Shown: one piece after another, positions 10,133 to 18,448 of the stretch
Numbering within the stretch: position 1 is the stretch's first letter
Layout: every line of letters begins with the position of its first letter
Source: Paracoccaceae bacterium
Lineage (GTDB): Bacteria; Pseudomonadota; Alphaproteobacteria; Rhodobacterales; Rhodobacteraceae
NCBI GenBank assembly: GCA_041397105.1
Contig: JAWKXJ010000009.1
Span: 1,049 to 65,048, forward strand
Length of the DNA: 64,000 bases
Direction of reading: 5' to 3'
Notes under the pieces: model-generated
The model's input: the letters and a program-made list of their open reading frames with translations, nothing else
Databases searched by the model: none
Told to the model about the DNA's origin: nothing
Program-made: the position numbers and the translations under genes

Positions 10133-11178
10133 TAGGCCGGCAGATCGTTCTTGGCGAATACCGCGGACGAGAGGCCGCCGTGCTGATCGTCGATGGCCGG
10201 CTCGAAGACCTGCTGATCGCCCCGCCTGACGGTGCGGGTTTCGGCCCCGGTGCGATTCTGCGCGGTATCGTCGACCGTCCGGTCAAGGGCCTCGGCGGCG
10301 TCTTCGTACGACTGCCCGGCCAGAACGGTTTCCTGCGCGAGGCGTCGGGCCTTGCCCCCGGCCAGCCGGTCCTTGTCCAGGTTTCCGGCCACGCCGAACC
10401 GGGCAAGGCCCAGCCGCTGACGACGCGGCTCTTGTTCAAGAGCCGCCACGCCATCGTCACGCCTTTCGCGCCCGGGCTGAACCTGTCCCGCCGCATCCGC
10501 GCGGCCGAGGACCGCGCTCGGCTGGAAGCCATCGCGGCGGCGGCCATGACCGGCTCCTCCTTCGGCCTGATCCTGCGCTCGGCTGCCGCAATGGCCGAGG
10601 AAGGCGAAATTGCAAACGACATCGCGACGATGCGCAGCCTTGCGGAAAACGTGGTGGCAGACCTTTCGGGCGGCCCCGAACTTCTCCTCGACGCGCCCGG
10701 CCCGCAGGAAGAGGCCTGGCGCGATTGGGCCGATCCCCTGCCCGATGCGGTCGCCAGCGAGCCCGGTGCCTTCAGCGCGCACGGCATCGACGACATGATC
10801 GACGCCATTCTTCGGCCCGCGGTCACCTTGCCCGGCGGCGGGCAGATGATGATCGAACCCACCCGCGCGCTTGTGGCGGTGGATGTAAACACCGGCGCCG
10901 ACACCTCGCCCGCCGCCGGGCTGAAGGCGAATATTGCCGCCGCCCGCGACCTGCCCCGTCAATTGCGCCTGCGCGGCCTTGGCGGCCAGATCGTCGTGGA
11001 TTTCGCGCCGATGCCGAAACGCGACCGTGCCGCGCTGGAACAGCAGCTTCGCGCGGCGTTCAAGGCGGGGGCGGCCGAGACCAGCCTTGCCGGCTGGACG
11101 CCGCTTGGTATGTTCGAACTGCAACGCAAGCGCGACCGGATACCATTGACCGAAACGCTGGCGCCGCCTGTCACTTGA
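10129..11178 (+). CDS. ribonuclease E/G family protein (short alphaproteobacterial form)
   Basis: The ATG at 10129 overlaps the maf stop (ATGA). [29 protein letters not shown]... continues to [10 protein letters not shown]...GGQIVVDF, which are RNase E/G catalytic-domain motifs. Confidence 0.75.
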   Translation: MIGRQIVLGEYRGREAAVLIVDGRLEDLLIAPPDGAGFGPGAILRGIVDRPVKGLGGVFVRLPGQNGFLREASGLAPGQPVLVQVSGHAEPGKAQPLTTRLLFKSRHAIVTPFAPGLNLSRRIRAAEDRARLEAIAAAAMTGSSFGLILRSAAAMAEEGEIANDIATMRSLAENVVADLSGGPELLLDAPGPQEEAWRDWADPLPDAVASEPGAFSAHGIDDMIDAILRPAVTLPGGGQMMIEPTRALVAVDVNTGADTSPAAGLKANIAAARDLPRQLRLRGLGGQIVVDFAPMPKRDRAALEQQLRAAFKAGAAETSLAGWTPLGMFELQRKRDRIPLTETLAPPVT

Positions 11179-11258
11179 CGGGCCGGCCACTGGCCATTGC
11201 ACCCGGCCCGCGGTAGTCATGTCCCCGCGGCAACCGACACACCCGAGGGCCTCGACAC

Positions 11259-11435
11259 TTGACCTGCCCGATCTGCCAGAAAGATAGCGACCCGAAATAC
11301 CGCCCCTTCTGTTCGCGCCGTTGCGCGGATGTCGATCTCGGGCGCTGGCTGAACGGAAGCTACGCCATTCCGGGCGAAGAGCCGGAGACTGGCACGGAAA
11401 CCGAACCGGGCGAGCCGCGCCCGCTGCACCACTAG
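11259..11435 (+). CDS. yacG: DNA gyrase inhibitor YacG (zinc-ribbon)
   Basis: Own translation from TTG at 11259: (M)TCPICQKDSDPKYRPFCSRRCADVDLGRWLNGSYAIPGEE... It has the C-x2-C...C-x3-C zinc motif. No in-frame ATG is available (upstream stop at 11214). The maf-rng-yacG order is conserved. Confidence 0.7.
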   Translation: MTCPICQKDSDPKYRPFCSRRCADVDLGRWLNGSYAIPGEEPETGTETEPGEPRPLHH

Positions 11436-11559
11436 CAGTTCCACCTGATGCCCCCGGGGCCTGCACCCGGCCAACGCCAACTTTTTCTCACCCACCCTCT
11501 GGACAGCACCGAAACCCTCGCCTAGAACGCGCGAGCCCGAACGCAAAGCGTTCACCCGT

Positions 11560-11634
11560 GCCCGGGTAGCTCAGGGGTAGAGCAGTGGACTGAAAATCCT
11601 CGTGTCGGTGGTTCAAATCCGCCCCCGGGCACCA
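11560..11634 (+). tRNA. tRNA-Phe (anticodon GAA)
   Basis: GCCCGGGTAGCTCAGGGGTAGAGCAGTGGACTGAAAATCCTCGTGTCGGTGGTTCAAATCCGCCCCCGGGCACCA forms a cloverleaf with anticodon loop CTGAAAA and an encoded CCA. Confidence 0.95.
11588..11634 (+). repeat. attL: 47-bp direct repeat (3' part of tRNA-Phe)
   Basis: GACTGAAAATCCTCGTGTCGGTGGTTCAAATCCGCCCCCGGGCACCA is identical to 29191-29237. Confidence 0.9.
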
Positions 11635-11701
11635 CTTAAATCCCGAAAAAAAGTGAGAAACTTCAGAGATCAAACTCGCATGTGCTTCTGGGTGCTCCTT
11701 G

Positions 11702-11720
11702 GGGCTACATATGGGCTACA
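11702..11720 (+). repeat. GGGCTACA-TAT-GGGCTACA tandem motif (candidate integrase arm-type site, attL side)
   Basis: The 19-bp string GGGCTACATATGGGCTACA is identical to 29031-29049, in the same orientation. Confidence 0.6.
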
Positions 11721-11956
11721 TTTGAATGTGGCTCGCACCCATTACGCCACGACTCGTTGATTGCTCGCCGGGACACGGTCTGACGGCCTCATGTCGATGG
11801 GGTAGCCGCGCCTCGTTTAGGGTGGGGGGCAACCACAGAGGGTAGTCCTATCGAAAAAAGTTTGGATTCGTCCGCAACCTGAAATCCGTCTTGCTATAAA
11901 TAACGCGCAACGAGCCAAGAAACTGGTTCCCGTCATTTTAGCCAATAGGAGTCCCA

Positions 11957-12169
11957 ATGGAGCAAGTTCTCCAAACGATACCATTTTACCTTACGGTCGA
12001 GCAGGTTGCATCCCGCTTCAGCGTTTCTACCGACACGATCTGGCGATGGAAGCGCAAGGGCGACTTCCCCAGAGCCGTGAAAGTTGGACCGGGCACCACA
12101 CGTTGGCGTCTCGCCGACATCGAGGAACATGAGCGCAGCCTTCAATGCTGCTTCGTCGTTTCACGCTAA
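11957..12169 (+). CDS. AlpA-family (MerR-like HTH) phage/island transcriptional regulator or excisionase
   Basis: 70 aa. FYLTVEQVASRFSVSTDTIWRWKRKGDFPRAVKVGPGTTRWRLADIEEH is the typical AlpA/Xis HTH_17 pattern. An RBS (TAGGAG) lies upstream. Confidence 0.8.
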   Translation: MEQVLQTIPFYLTVEQVASRFSVSTDTIWRWKRKGDFPRAVKVGPGTTRWRLADIEEHERSLQCCFVVSR

Positions 12170-12191
12170 ACAAACCTCACCGGAGAAAACG

Positions 12192-13958
12192 ATGCAGGAT
12201 GGATTTGAAACGGCCCACGGGGCCGAAGTGTTGAGTGTTGCTAATCGTTTGGAGATGGAGTGCATCCCCTCTGGTTTCTGTGTGCTACCTGGAGGGGTCT
12301 ACGAGCAGAGCGCGGACAACGATTCCGCGCCGGCATGGTTGTGTTCGCCTGTCGCCGTCGTGGCCAGATTTCGGGATGCTTCGGGCAAGGGTTGGGGTCG
12401 CATCCTCGAGATAGAGGATCCAGAGGGCAGATGGCAGCGCATCTCACTTTTCGACAAAGATTTCGAAGCCAGACCGAGTGCCATCCGTGCCGAACTCGTC
12501 AATCTTGGGCTGCGGACTCAGAGCGGTCCTAAGACCCGCGACGCGCTCAACCGTCTGCTACGGGGGTGGCAGCCAACTAAGATCATGACTTCGACTGACA
12601 GGCTTGGTTGGTCCGATGCTTCATGTGCCGCCTTTATGCGGGCTGATGGACGCGTCTTGGGCTCGGGAGCGTTCCACTTTGTAGGTGGCGGCCTGGAGAA
12701 CACCGCAAATTCTGTTGCTGTCGGAGGGAGTGCCGAAGAGTGGCGCGACAATGTCGCATCGCTCTGCGTCGGCAATCCGCTGATGATGGTGTCAGTGTCT
12801 CTGGCTTTTGCTAGGCCGCTTCTGGATCTCCTGAGCGAGGAGGGCGGAGGTCTGCACCTGCGTGGCGCCTCGTCTTGTGGAAAGACCACGATGCAGCGCG
12901 TAGCGACGTCTGTCTGGCGAAATCCGGCACAAGTTGGGAGTTGGCGAACGACTTCGAACGCCGTCGAAGTGGCGGCCAAGACTGCCAATTCGACTCTTCT
13001 CTCGCTCGATGAGATCGCTGAAATCGACGGGCGACATCTCTACGAGGCCACTTACAGGCTCGCTAACGGCGTGGGTAAGGCGCGTTCCAATGCGCTTGGT
13101 GGGGCAAGGCAAACTGCAGCATGGCGCATAACCATCCTTTCGACTGGTGAAATCAGCGTGGCGGAGAAGCTCGCTGAAGCGGGCTTAAATATCATGGCCG
13201 GCCAGGACATCAGGCCAATTGACCTCGAGGCGGACTGCGGCCGGCATGGTGCTTTCGATGACCTCCACGGCTGCGAGAATGGTGCCGAGCTCTCTGACCG
13301 GCTGAAGCGCGCATCTGCTCAATCGTATGGAACCGCCGGCCCGGCATTCGTCGAGAAGGTCATTCCGCACAGGGCAAAGATTGCTGTGCAGGGGAAAACG
13401 GTCATGGACCGGGTATTGGATCGCTGGTGCAAAGAGTTTTCACTTCGCGATTATGGCCAAGTTCTCCGCGTGGCCCGTCGCTTAGCCTTAATTGGGTTCG
13501 CTGGCGTGCTGGCAAGCAAACTTGGGATGACTGGTTGGCCGATTGGCGCGCCCTTAGATGCAGCGAAAGTTGCGCTCGGACTTTGGTTGGATGGTCGCGA
13601 TTCAGCTCCCGAAAACGTTGACTACGCTGCGAAAGCGAGAACGCGGGCATTTCTGATCGCCAATGAGAGCGGCTTTGCGGAGCCCGATTCAAGCGAAACG
13701 GCTGTCAATCCGGGAGCGCACGGGTGGAAGCAAGGCGACCAGTTCCTCATCAGCGGAGACGCATGGCACACGATCCACGGCGCAGAGTCCGGGCAAACAG
13801 CGCCGGATCTCAAGGTGGCTGGGTTGCTCGTGCCCGCCGACGGCAACAACCTCGGTCGTCGCGCTCCGCGTTGGGCTGAATGCAGACCCCGGGTTTATGT
13901 GGTTCGACGCAGAATCCTTGAGGACAGTGTTCCGACCATCGCAGAGGAGGCAGTCTGA
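12192..13958 (+). CDS. DUF927-type helicase/primase-like replication protein (P-loop NTPase)
   Basis: From the ATG at 12192 (track ORF 12084): PSGFCVLPGGVY...WLCSPVAVVARFRDASGKGWGRILEIEDPEGRW...TDRLGW is a DUF927-like N-terminal region. The Walker A is LHLRGASSCGKTT. Confidence 0.75.
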   Translation: MQDGFETAHGAEVLSVANRLEMECIPSGFCVLPGGVYEQSADNDSAPAWLCSPVAVVARFRDASGKGWGRILEIEDPEGRWQRISLFDKDFEARPSAIRAELVNLGLRTQSGPKTRDALNRLLRGWQPTKIMTSTDRLGWSDASCAAFMRADGRVLGSGAFHFVGGGLENTANSVAVGGSAEEWRDNVASLCVGNPLMMVSVSLAFARPLLDLLSEEGGGLHLRGASSCGKTTMQRVATSVWRNPAQVGSWRTTSNAVEVAAKTANSTLLSLDEIAEIDGRHLYEATYRLANGVGKARSNALGGARQTAAWRITILSTGEISVAEKLAEAGLNIMAGQDIRPIDLEADCGRHGAFDDLHGCENGAELSDRLKRASAQSYGTAGPAFVEKVIPHRAKIAVQGKTVMDRVLDRWCKEFSLRDYGQVLRVARRLALIGFAGVLASKLGMTGWPIGAPLDAAKVALGLWLDGRDSAPENVDYAAKARTRAFLIANESGFAEPDSSETAVNPGAHGWKQGDQFLISGDAWHTIHGAESGQTAPDLKVAGLLVPADGNNLGRRAPRWAECRPRVYVVRRRILEDSVPTIAEEAV

Positions 13959-13995
13959 TTGTGTTTGGAAATCGACCTTCACTGATCATCCGGCA

Positions 13996-14052
13996 GTCGG
14001 ACCAGTCGGACCACAGTGACCCTGCCGGTCCGACTGGTCCGGATGGTCCGAC
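13996..14052. repeat. iteron-like cluster of GTCGGACC / GGTCCGAC motifs in direct and inverted orientation
   Basis: GTCGGACCA occurs at 13996-14004 and 14005-14013. GGTCCGAC is at 14027-14034, TGGTCCGGA at 14035-14043 and TGGTCCGAC at 14044-14052. Confidence 0.7.
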
Positions 14053-14179
14053 TTACCAGGAAAGATGCACTTCGCGCGCGCGCCCCTTGCTCATGGACGC
14101 CATCCGCGACCATACGCAAATGCACACACCTTACGACCCCACAAACCTTGCAATACCAGACAGTTAAAGGAGAAGAGAC

Positions 14180-14917
14180 GTGACGATAATTCGACGTGGG
14201 CGCCTGAAGTGGGCGATAGGCTACTTGAGGGTCTCCACATACATGCAAGCAGAAGAAGGTCTTGGCCTTGAGCATCAGCGCGAACGCATCCGCGCCTATG
14301 CCCTTGAGAACGGCTACCAGCTCGAACATTTCTTCCAGGACATAGCCTCTGGGAACGACAAGCGTTCGATGATGGATCGTCCGGAGTTCAGCGAAGCGGT
14401 CTATGAGGCTAAGCGGCTCCATGGAACCATCATCGTGGCGCGGCTCGACCGGATCTCACGTAATGAGCGGAAGTTCCTCGAGTTTTGCAGCCAGGAGAAG
14501 ATCCGCATCGTTTCAACCGTCCCCGGTGAAACCGAGGGCTTTCAGCAGATGATCAACGCAGTATCCAAAGCCGAGAGGGTTCGGATAAACATCGTCCAGG
14601 GCACTAAGAAGTCGCTTCGTAAGAAATCAGCACAGGGAGCCGCACTCGGTAGTGTGACCACGGTTCTGAAGGCAAATAGGGCCTCGGCGAAATCGCGGGC
14701 CACGGCCTCGCAGATGACGGTTCTTGATATCCGGGATTTTCTCCTTCGGCATGCCGAGCTGAGGGACAGGACCACTGCTGAGATTGCGGCCGCTTTGAAC
14801 GTCTACGGACTACGGTCCGGGCACGGCCGACTCTGGAACAAGAACTCATTGCGCCGACAGCTCCGGTCGGCGCGCCAGGAACTGGACCTGTTGGATGAGC
14901 CTGATGATGATTTTTGA
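14180..14917 (+). CDS. serine recombinase (resolvase/invertase family)
   Basis: GTG start with a strong RBS (AAAGGAG). AIGYLRVSTYMQAEEGLGLEHQRERIRAY...IIVARLDRISRN carries the catalytic Ser motif of resolvases. Confidence 0.85.
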   Translation: MTIIRRGRLKWAIGYLRVSTYMQAEEGLGLEHQRERIRAYALENGYQLEHFFQDIASGNDKRSMMDRPEFSEAVYEAKRLHGTIIVARLDRISRNERKFLEFCSQEKIRIVSTVPGETEGFQQMINAVSKAERVRINIVQGTKKSLRKKSAQGAALGSVTTVLKANRASAKSRATASQMTVLDIRDFLLRHAELRDRTTAEIAAALNVYGLRSGHGRLWNKNSLRRQLRSARQELDLLDEPDDDF

Positions 14918-15136
14918 TCGAACAACTTCCCGGTGCCTTTCCAATTGAGGAGAGACCGCCATATGGCCGCTTAGAGCGCACAGGAGAGTCACTGGCGGCC
15001 ATATCGATAGTTGCCTGTAGTCGGGCCGGGTAAAGCGATCCCGGCCTTCCAACCAGCTCCAAAGAGTTCCCCGACGTCGCGTCGCTATAAATCACGTAAG
15101 CAGAAAAATCTGCGAGCGATGAGAAAGGTGACGAGA

Positions 15137-15538
15137 ATGGCAAGACGACCCTATCAAGACTCCCGGCTAGCAAAATACCTTGAGAAGCGTGTGCTTGAGC
15201 TCCGGCCGCATAAGACGCAGGCAGAAATCGCCACACAGGCCGGCTTCACACATCCCAACATGATCGCGATGCTGAAAAGCGGCGCGACGAAGCTGCCACT
15301 TGACCGGGTGCCGAGCTTGGCCACCGCCCTTGAATGCGACCCCCGGCTGCTCTTTAACCTGGCGCTCGATCAGCTCGGCGGTGACACCACTGTGCGCGCG
15401 ATAGAGCAGATCTTCGGCGTCGTCGTTACGAAGAACGAGGCAGCTTGGATCGAGGAAATCCGCAACGCGTCAGGTCATACCGACCCGGCCCTTACATCAC
15501 GTGGACGGGCGGCGATCCGGGGGATCTTCGGGAAATGA
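15137..15538 (+). CDS. XRE-family helix-turn-helix regulator
   Basis: KTQAEIATQAGFTHPNMIAMLKSGATKLPLDRVPSLATALECDP is an HTH_3-type motif. The start is at 15137, with 15119 as an alternative. Confidence 0.7.
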   Translation: MARRPYQDSRLAKYLEKRVLELRPHKTQAEIATQAGFTHPNMIAMLKSGATKLPLDRVPSLATALECDPRLLFNLALDQLGGDTTVRAIEQIFGVVVTKNEAAWIEEIRNASGHTDPALTSRGRAAIRGIFGK

Positions 15539-15732
15539 GCAAGCATTGCACACGAAGCCCCGGCAGTTCACCTGAAAGCATGCCAGAACTCACCGAGAAC
15601 GAACGGACCTGGATAGAGTTTCTGCGCCTGATTTCGAATGTAAGCGATCCCGCACTGAGGCTAAGAGACGTCCAACTGCTCCAGCGGATCATACGAAGAA
15701 AGAGTGGTCATGCCGGCCAAGGTGGGGCGTGA
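15535..15732 (+). CDS. hypothetical 65-aa protein, paralogous to the C-terminal tail of the upstream XRE protein
   Basis: Its ATG overlaps the XRE stop (ATGA at 15535-15538). TENERTWIEFLRLISNVSDPALRLR aligns with TKNEAAWIEEIRNASGHTDPALTSR of the XRE protein. Confidence 0.5.
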   Translation: MSKHCTRSPGSSPESMPELTENERTWIEFLRLISNVSDPALRLRDVQLLQRIIRRKSGHAGQGGA

Positions 15733-15769
15733 CATCCGCAGGATTATCTGGTGCAGACCGACCGGTTTT

Positions 15770-16699
15770 CTATCCACGATCCCAAGGAGAGCGTTCATCC
15801 GAAATCACCTGCCCGAAGACATTCTCGCGATGCCAACGCAAATTATGCGGATGCGGCATTTGATATGGATCTTCCGGCCTCAGCAGTTTGCCGCCGGGCC
15901 TAATGAGGCGATCGACGACATCCCCAGGAACCTTGTTTCGAGAAACGAGGATCGTCTCGTTGTCGTCAGCGACAGAAATGAGGCCGCGGTCAAACATCCA
16001 GTGCAGGGTCCCCGAGAGCGCGAGACCATTACGAACTGAGTCACTTCCATCTCTCTCAACTGGCCTGATGTGCGCCGCCTGGACCTCGGGTCGTCCTCCG
16101 CCATTCCGCAACTGCAGTCCCGACATTGCGCAGCGATAGCCGTAGGCCTCGCGGACTTTTCTGCTAAACGCAACATCACGGTATTTGCGTCGCGTCAGCC
16201 GCTCGAGCACAGGCCGTCGGAAGATCAGCGGCTCTTCCTGCATGTCATCATGATACGTTTCGTAGCGTTTCGCTTCGATCTGTTCGAGATCCTGCGGTAG
16301 ACCCAAATCGACGATCCGGGCAAAATCGTCCTCCGGCAGGCGCCGCACAGCCAGTTGCACTGCGCCGCCCGTCAAGGGTGCGCCGTTGGCGTCCGCCAAG
16401 GCCGTCTCCAGCGGTCGCCCGTTCAGCAGCCGCGGCACGTCGCGGTCGAAGGCCAGGTAGCTTCCGGATTCGATCAGGGCCAGATACCTCCCCTCCACGC
16501 CGGGCTTGGGAATGACATCAGAGATCTTGGCGGCAGCGAAATATCCGCGCGGCCCAGCTTTGACAGGCTCGTAATAGATGATCCAATCGCCAACCGCTTC
16601 TTTGACGGCCTTCAGGTAAGATCGCGGGAAGTCGTAGACGACGTCGAGTTCGTCCTCGTAGATCGAATCTGCCTTGTGCAAGAGAACGAGCTTGGCCAT
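15770..16699 (-). CDS. HNH endonuclease (HNH_2-type) with uncharacterised N-terminal domain; candidate type IV restriction nuclease
   Basis: From the internal ATG at 16699 (MAKLVLLHKADSIY...). The C-terminal YRCAMSGLQLRNGGGRPEVQAAHIRPVERDGSDSVRNGLALSGTLHWMFDRGLISV is an HNH motif. Confidence 0.8.
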   Translation of the reverse strand: MAKLVLLHKADSIYEDELDVVYDFPRSYLKAVKEAVGDWIIYYEPVKAGPRGYFAAAKISDVIPKPGVEGRYLALIESGSYLAFDRDVPRLLNGRPLETALADANGAPLTGGAVQLAVRRLPEDDFARIVDLGLPQDLEQIEAKRYETYHDDMQEEPLIFRRPVLERLTRRKYRDVAFSRKVREAYGYRCAMSGLQLRNGGGRPEVQAAHIRPVERDGSDSVRNGLALSGTLHWMFDRGLISVADDNETILVSRNKVPGDVVDRLIRPGGKLLRPEDPYQMPHPHNLRWHRENVFGQVISDERSPWDRG

Positions 16700-17049
16700 G
16701 CATCCAGAAAAGCAGGATCGCCGACGATGGCAAGCGTCATTCAACGCCCCGCTACAGCCGGACAGAGTATTGATCGTGACCAGAGATGGTTCGACCGACC
16801 GAGAGCTGCAGTTCAAGTCGGGCGCGCTGGATGGCACATTTCAGCCCCGTGCGGAAAGCATTGATCGTCCGGCCGCCAACTTGGCTCAGTCTCAATAGGT
16901 AGCTCGAGAAATCTGCCCAAAACGGTAGAAAATGATGCCAACGGGCCGAAGATGGCTCCGTGACCTGGATTGATCCAAGCAATATTAGGGTCAGGACCCA
17001 TTGATCAACCGCTCGCGGCGTGATTCAGCCTCCGCAAGGAGACTGACCG

Positions 17050-17819
17050 ATGAGCAACCTTTTCTGGCTGACGGAAGCGCAGATGGCGCGGCTGAAGCCC
17101 TTCTTTCCCAAGAGCCATGGCAAGCCTCGCGTCGATGACCGGCGAGTATTGAGTGGCATAATCTTCATCAATCGCAATGGCTTGCGCTGGTGCGATGCGC
17201 CGAAGGAGTATGGCCCGCCGAAGACTCTCTACAACCGTTGGAAGCGATGGAGCGACAAGGGGGTCTTCGCCCGGATGATGGATGGCCTGGCTTCTGAGGC
17301 CGCTGTTCCGAAGACGGTGATGATCGACGCGACCTATCTCAAGGCGCACCGCACGGCGACCAGCCTGCGGTCGAAAAAGGGGGGCCAGGCGACCAAAGGG
17401 GCCGTCTGATCGGTCGCACAAAGGGCGGCATGAACACCAAGCTGCATGCCGTTACTGATGCCGATGGCCGCCCGATCCGGTTCTTCATGACCGCAGGCCA
17501 GGTGAGCGACTACACAGGTGCGGCAGCCCTGCTGGGCAGCCTGCCCTCGGCGGAGTGGTTGCTGGCGGACCGGGGCTACGACGCCGACTGGTTCAGAGAT
17601 GCGTTGAAAGACAAAGGGATAAGGCCATGCATCCCGGCCCGCAAGTCGCGCGGCAAGCCCATCAAGCACGACAAGCGCCGCTACAAGCGCCGTAACCGGA
17701 TCGAGATCATGTTCGGGAGGCTGAAGGACTGGCGAAGGGTCGCCACCCGCTACGACCGCTGCCCAAAGGTCTTCCTATCCGCCGTCGCCCTCGCCGCAAC
17801 CGTCATGTTCTGGCTATGA
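17050..17819 (+). CDS. IS5/IS427-type DDE transposase, orfA (17050-17409) fused to orfB (to 17819) by programmed -1 frameshift
   Basis: orfA reads MSNLFWLTEAQMARLKPFFPKSHGKPRVDDRRVLSGIIFINRNGLRWCDAP. orfB reads ...IGRTKGGMNTKLHAVTDADGRPIRFFMTAGQVSDY...DRGYDADWFR...RRNRIEIMFGRLKDWRRVATRYDR. orfB lies in the -1 frame relative to orfA. Confidence 0.85.
17374..17384 (+). promoter_or_regulatory. candidate -1 ribosomal frameshift slippery run AAAAAGGGGGG
   Basis: The homopolymer run sits in the orfA/orfB overlap. Reading in the -1 frame from here gives ...EKGGPGDQRGRLIGRTKGGMNTK, continuous with orfB. Confidence 0.6.
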
Positions 17820-18448
17820 TACAAGAACGAGTCCTGACCCTAGGTGCGATCCAAACCACTGTTTGCGCGTCGAGCCCGGCAAGATAGGTCATGATCTGGC
17901 CTAGATGGTTGTGATCGCCCTCTTCAAGCTGATTTTCGATGAGAACAAGGCTATCGTCGTTCTGGTTGCGGGCAAGAATGTCGGCGGCAAATGTCTCGAC
18001 CCGGACTTCGGTTCCTGTGAGTTCCAGTGGGATGCCGATAGCATCTGAGAGATGGTCGATGTTCTCTGCTAACCATGGCGTAAATTCGATCGCCTCGTGC
18101 TTCCACGCCTCCCGGAGTGGCAGATCGACCAAGCGGCCAAAGCGAATGTCGGTCATCTTCTTTACTCCGGGATAAGGCTGACTGGAACTTTTATCACCCT
18201 TATAGCTCTCACCTGCAGCAGATATACTAACAAACATGATCTGCTGCTGGATCTCGATTGTATCGATGCGGACAGAGCAATAAGAAAGTTCGCAGAACAC
18301 CCGCCGCCGGGCCACGATCCCTTTCGGTTTACAGGGCCTTGGAGTGGCTAATTTTGCCCCTAGGCCAAGCCGATCGTAGGGCCAAACTTTCGCACGCCCC
18401 CCCGAAGAAGAACCACCTTTTGTCAGCAGTTCAGTTTAAGGAGATTGA

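Larger units (their letters stand above)
16988..17840 (+). mobile_element. IS5-family (IS427-group-like) insertion sequence, 853 bp
   Basis: The terminal inverted repeats are GGGTCAGGAC (16988-16997) and GTCCTGACCC (17831-17840). They are flanked by a TA duplication (16986-16987 and 17841-17842). The transposase is in two frames. Confidence 0.85.
16813..18156 (-). pseudogene. NucS-like PD-(D/E)xK / DUF4268-type nuclease gene, disrupted by IS insertion and further decayed
   Basis: A strong RBS precedes the ATG at 18156: MTDIRFGRLVDLPLREAWKHEAIEFTPWLAEN...FAADILARNQNDDSLVLIENQLEEGDHNHLGQIMTYLAGL. The reading frame is cut at 17843 by the IS and continues at 16987. A DUF4268-like remnant (HHFLPFWADFSSYLL...RARLELQLS) lies in a different frame (16752-16982). 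Confidence 0.7.

Noticed and set aside
13961-14167. 68-aa ORF with a repeated SDQSD / PTGPDGPT peptide.
   Set aside because: The peptide repeats are just the translation of the GGTCCGAC iteron array, and there is no RBS. It is better explained as a DNA-level repeat.
14961-15046. Two hairpins after the serine recombinase gene: ATATGGCCGC/GCGGCCATAT (14961-15004) and GGCCGGG/CCCGGCC (15024-15046).
   Set aside because: They are plausible as a terminator or an operator for the XRE gene. However, they are short, unreplicated elsewhere in the island, and cannot be distinguished from chance without conservation data.
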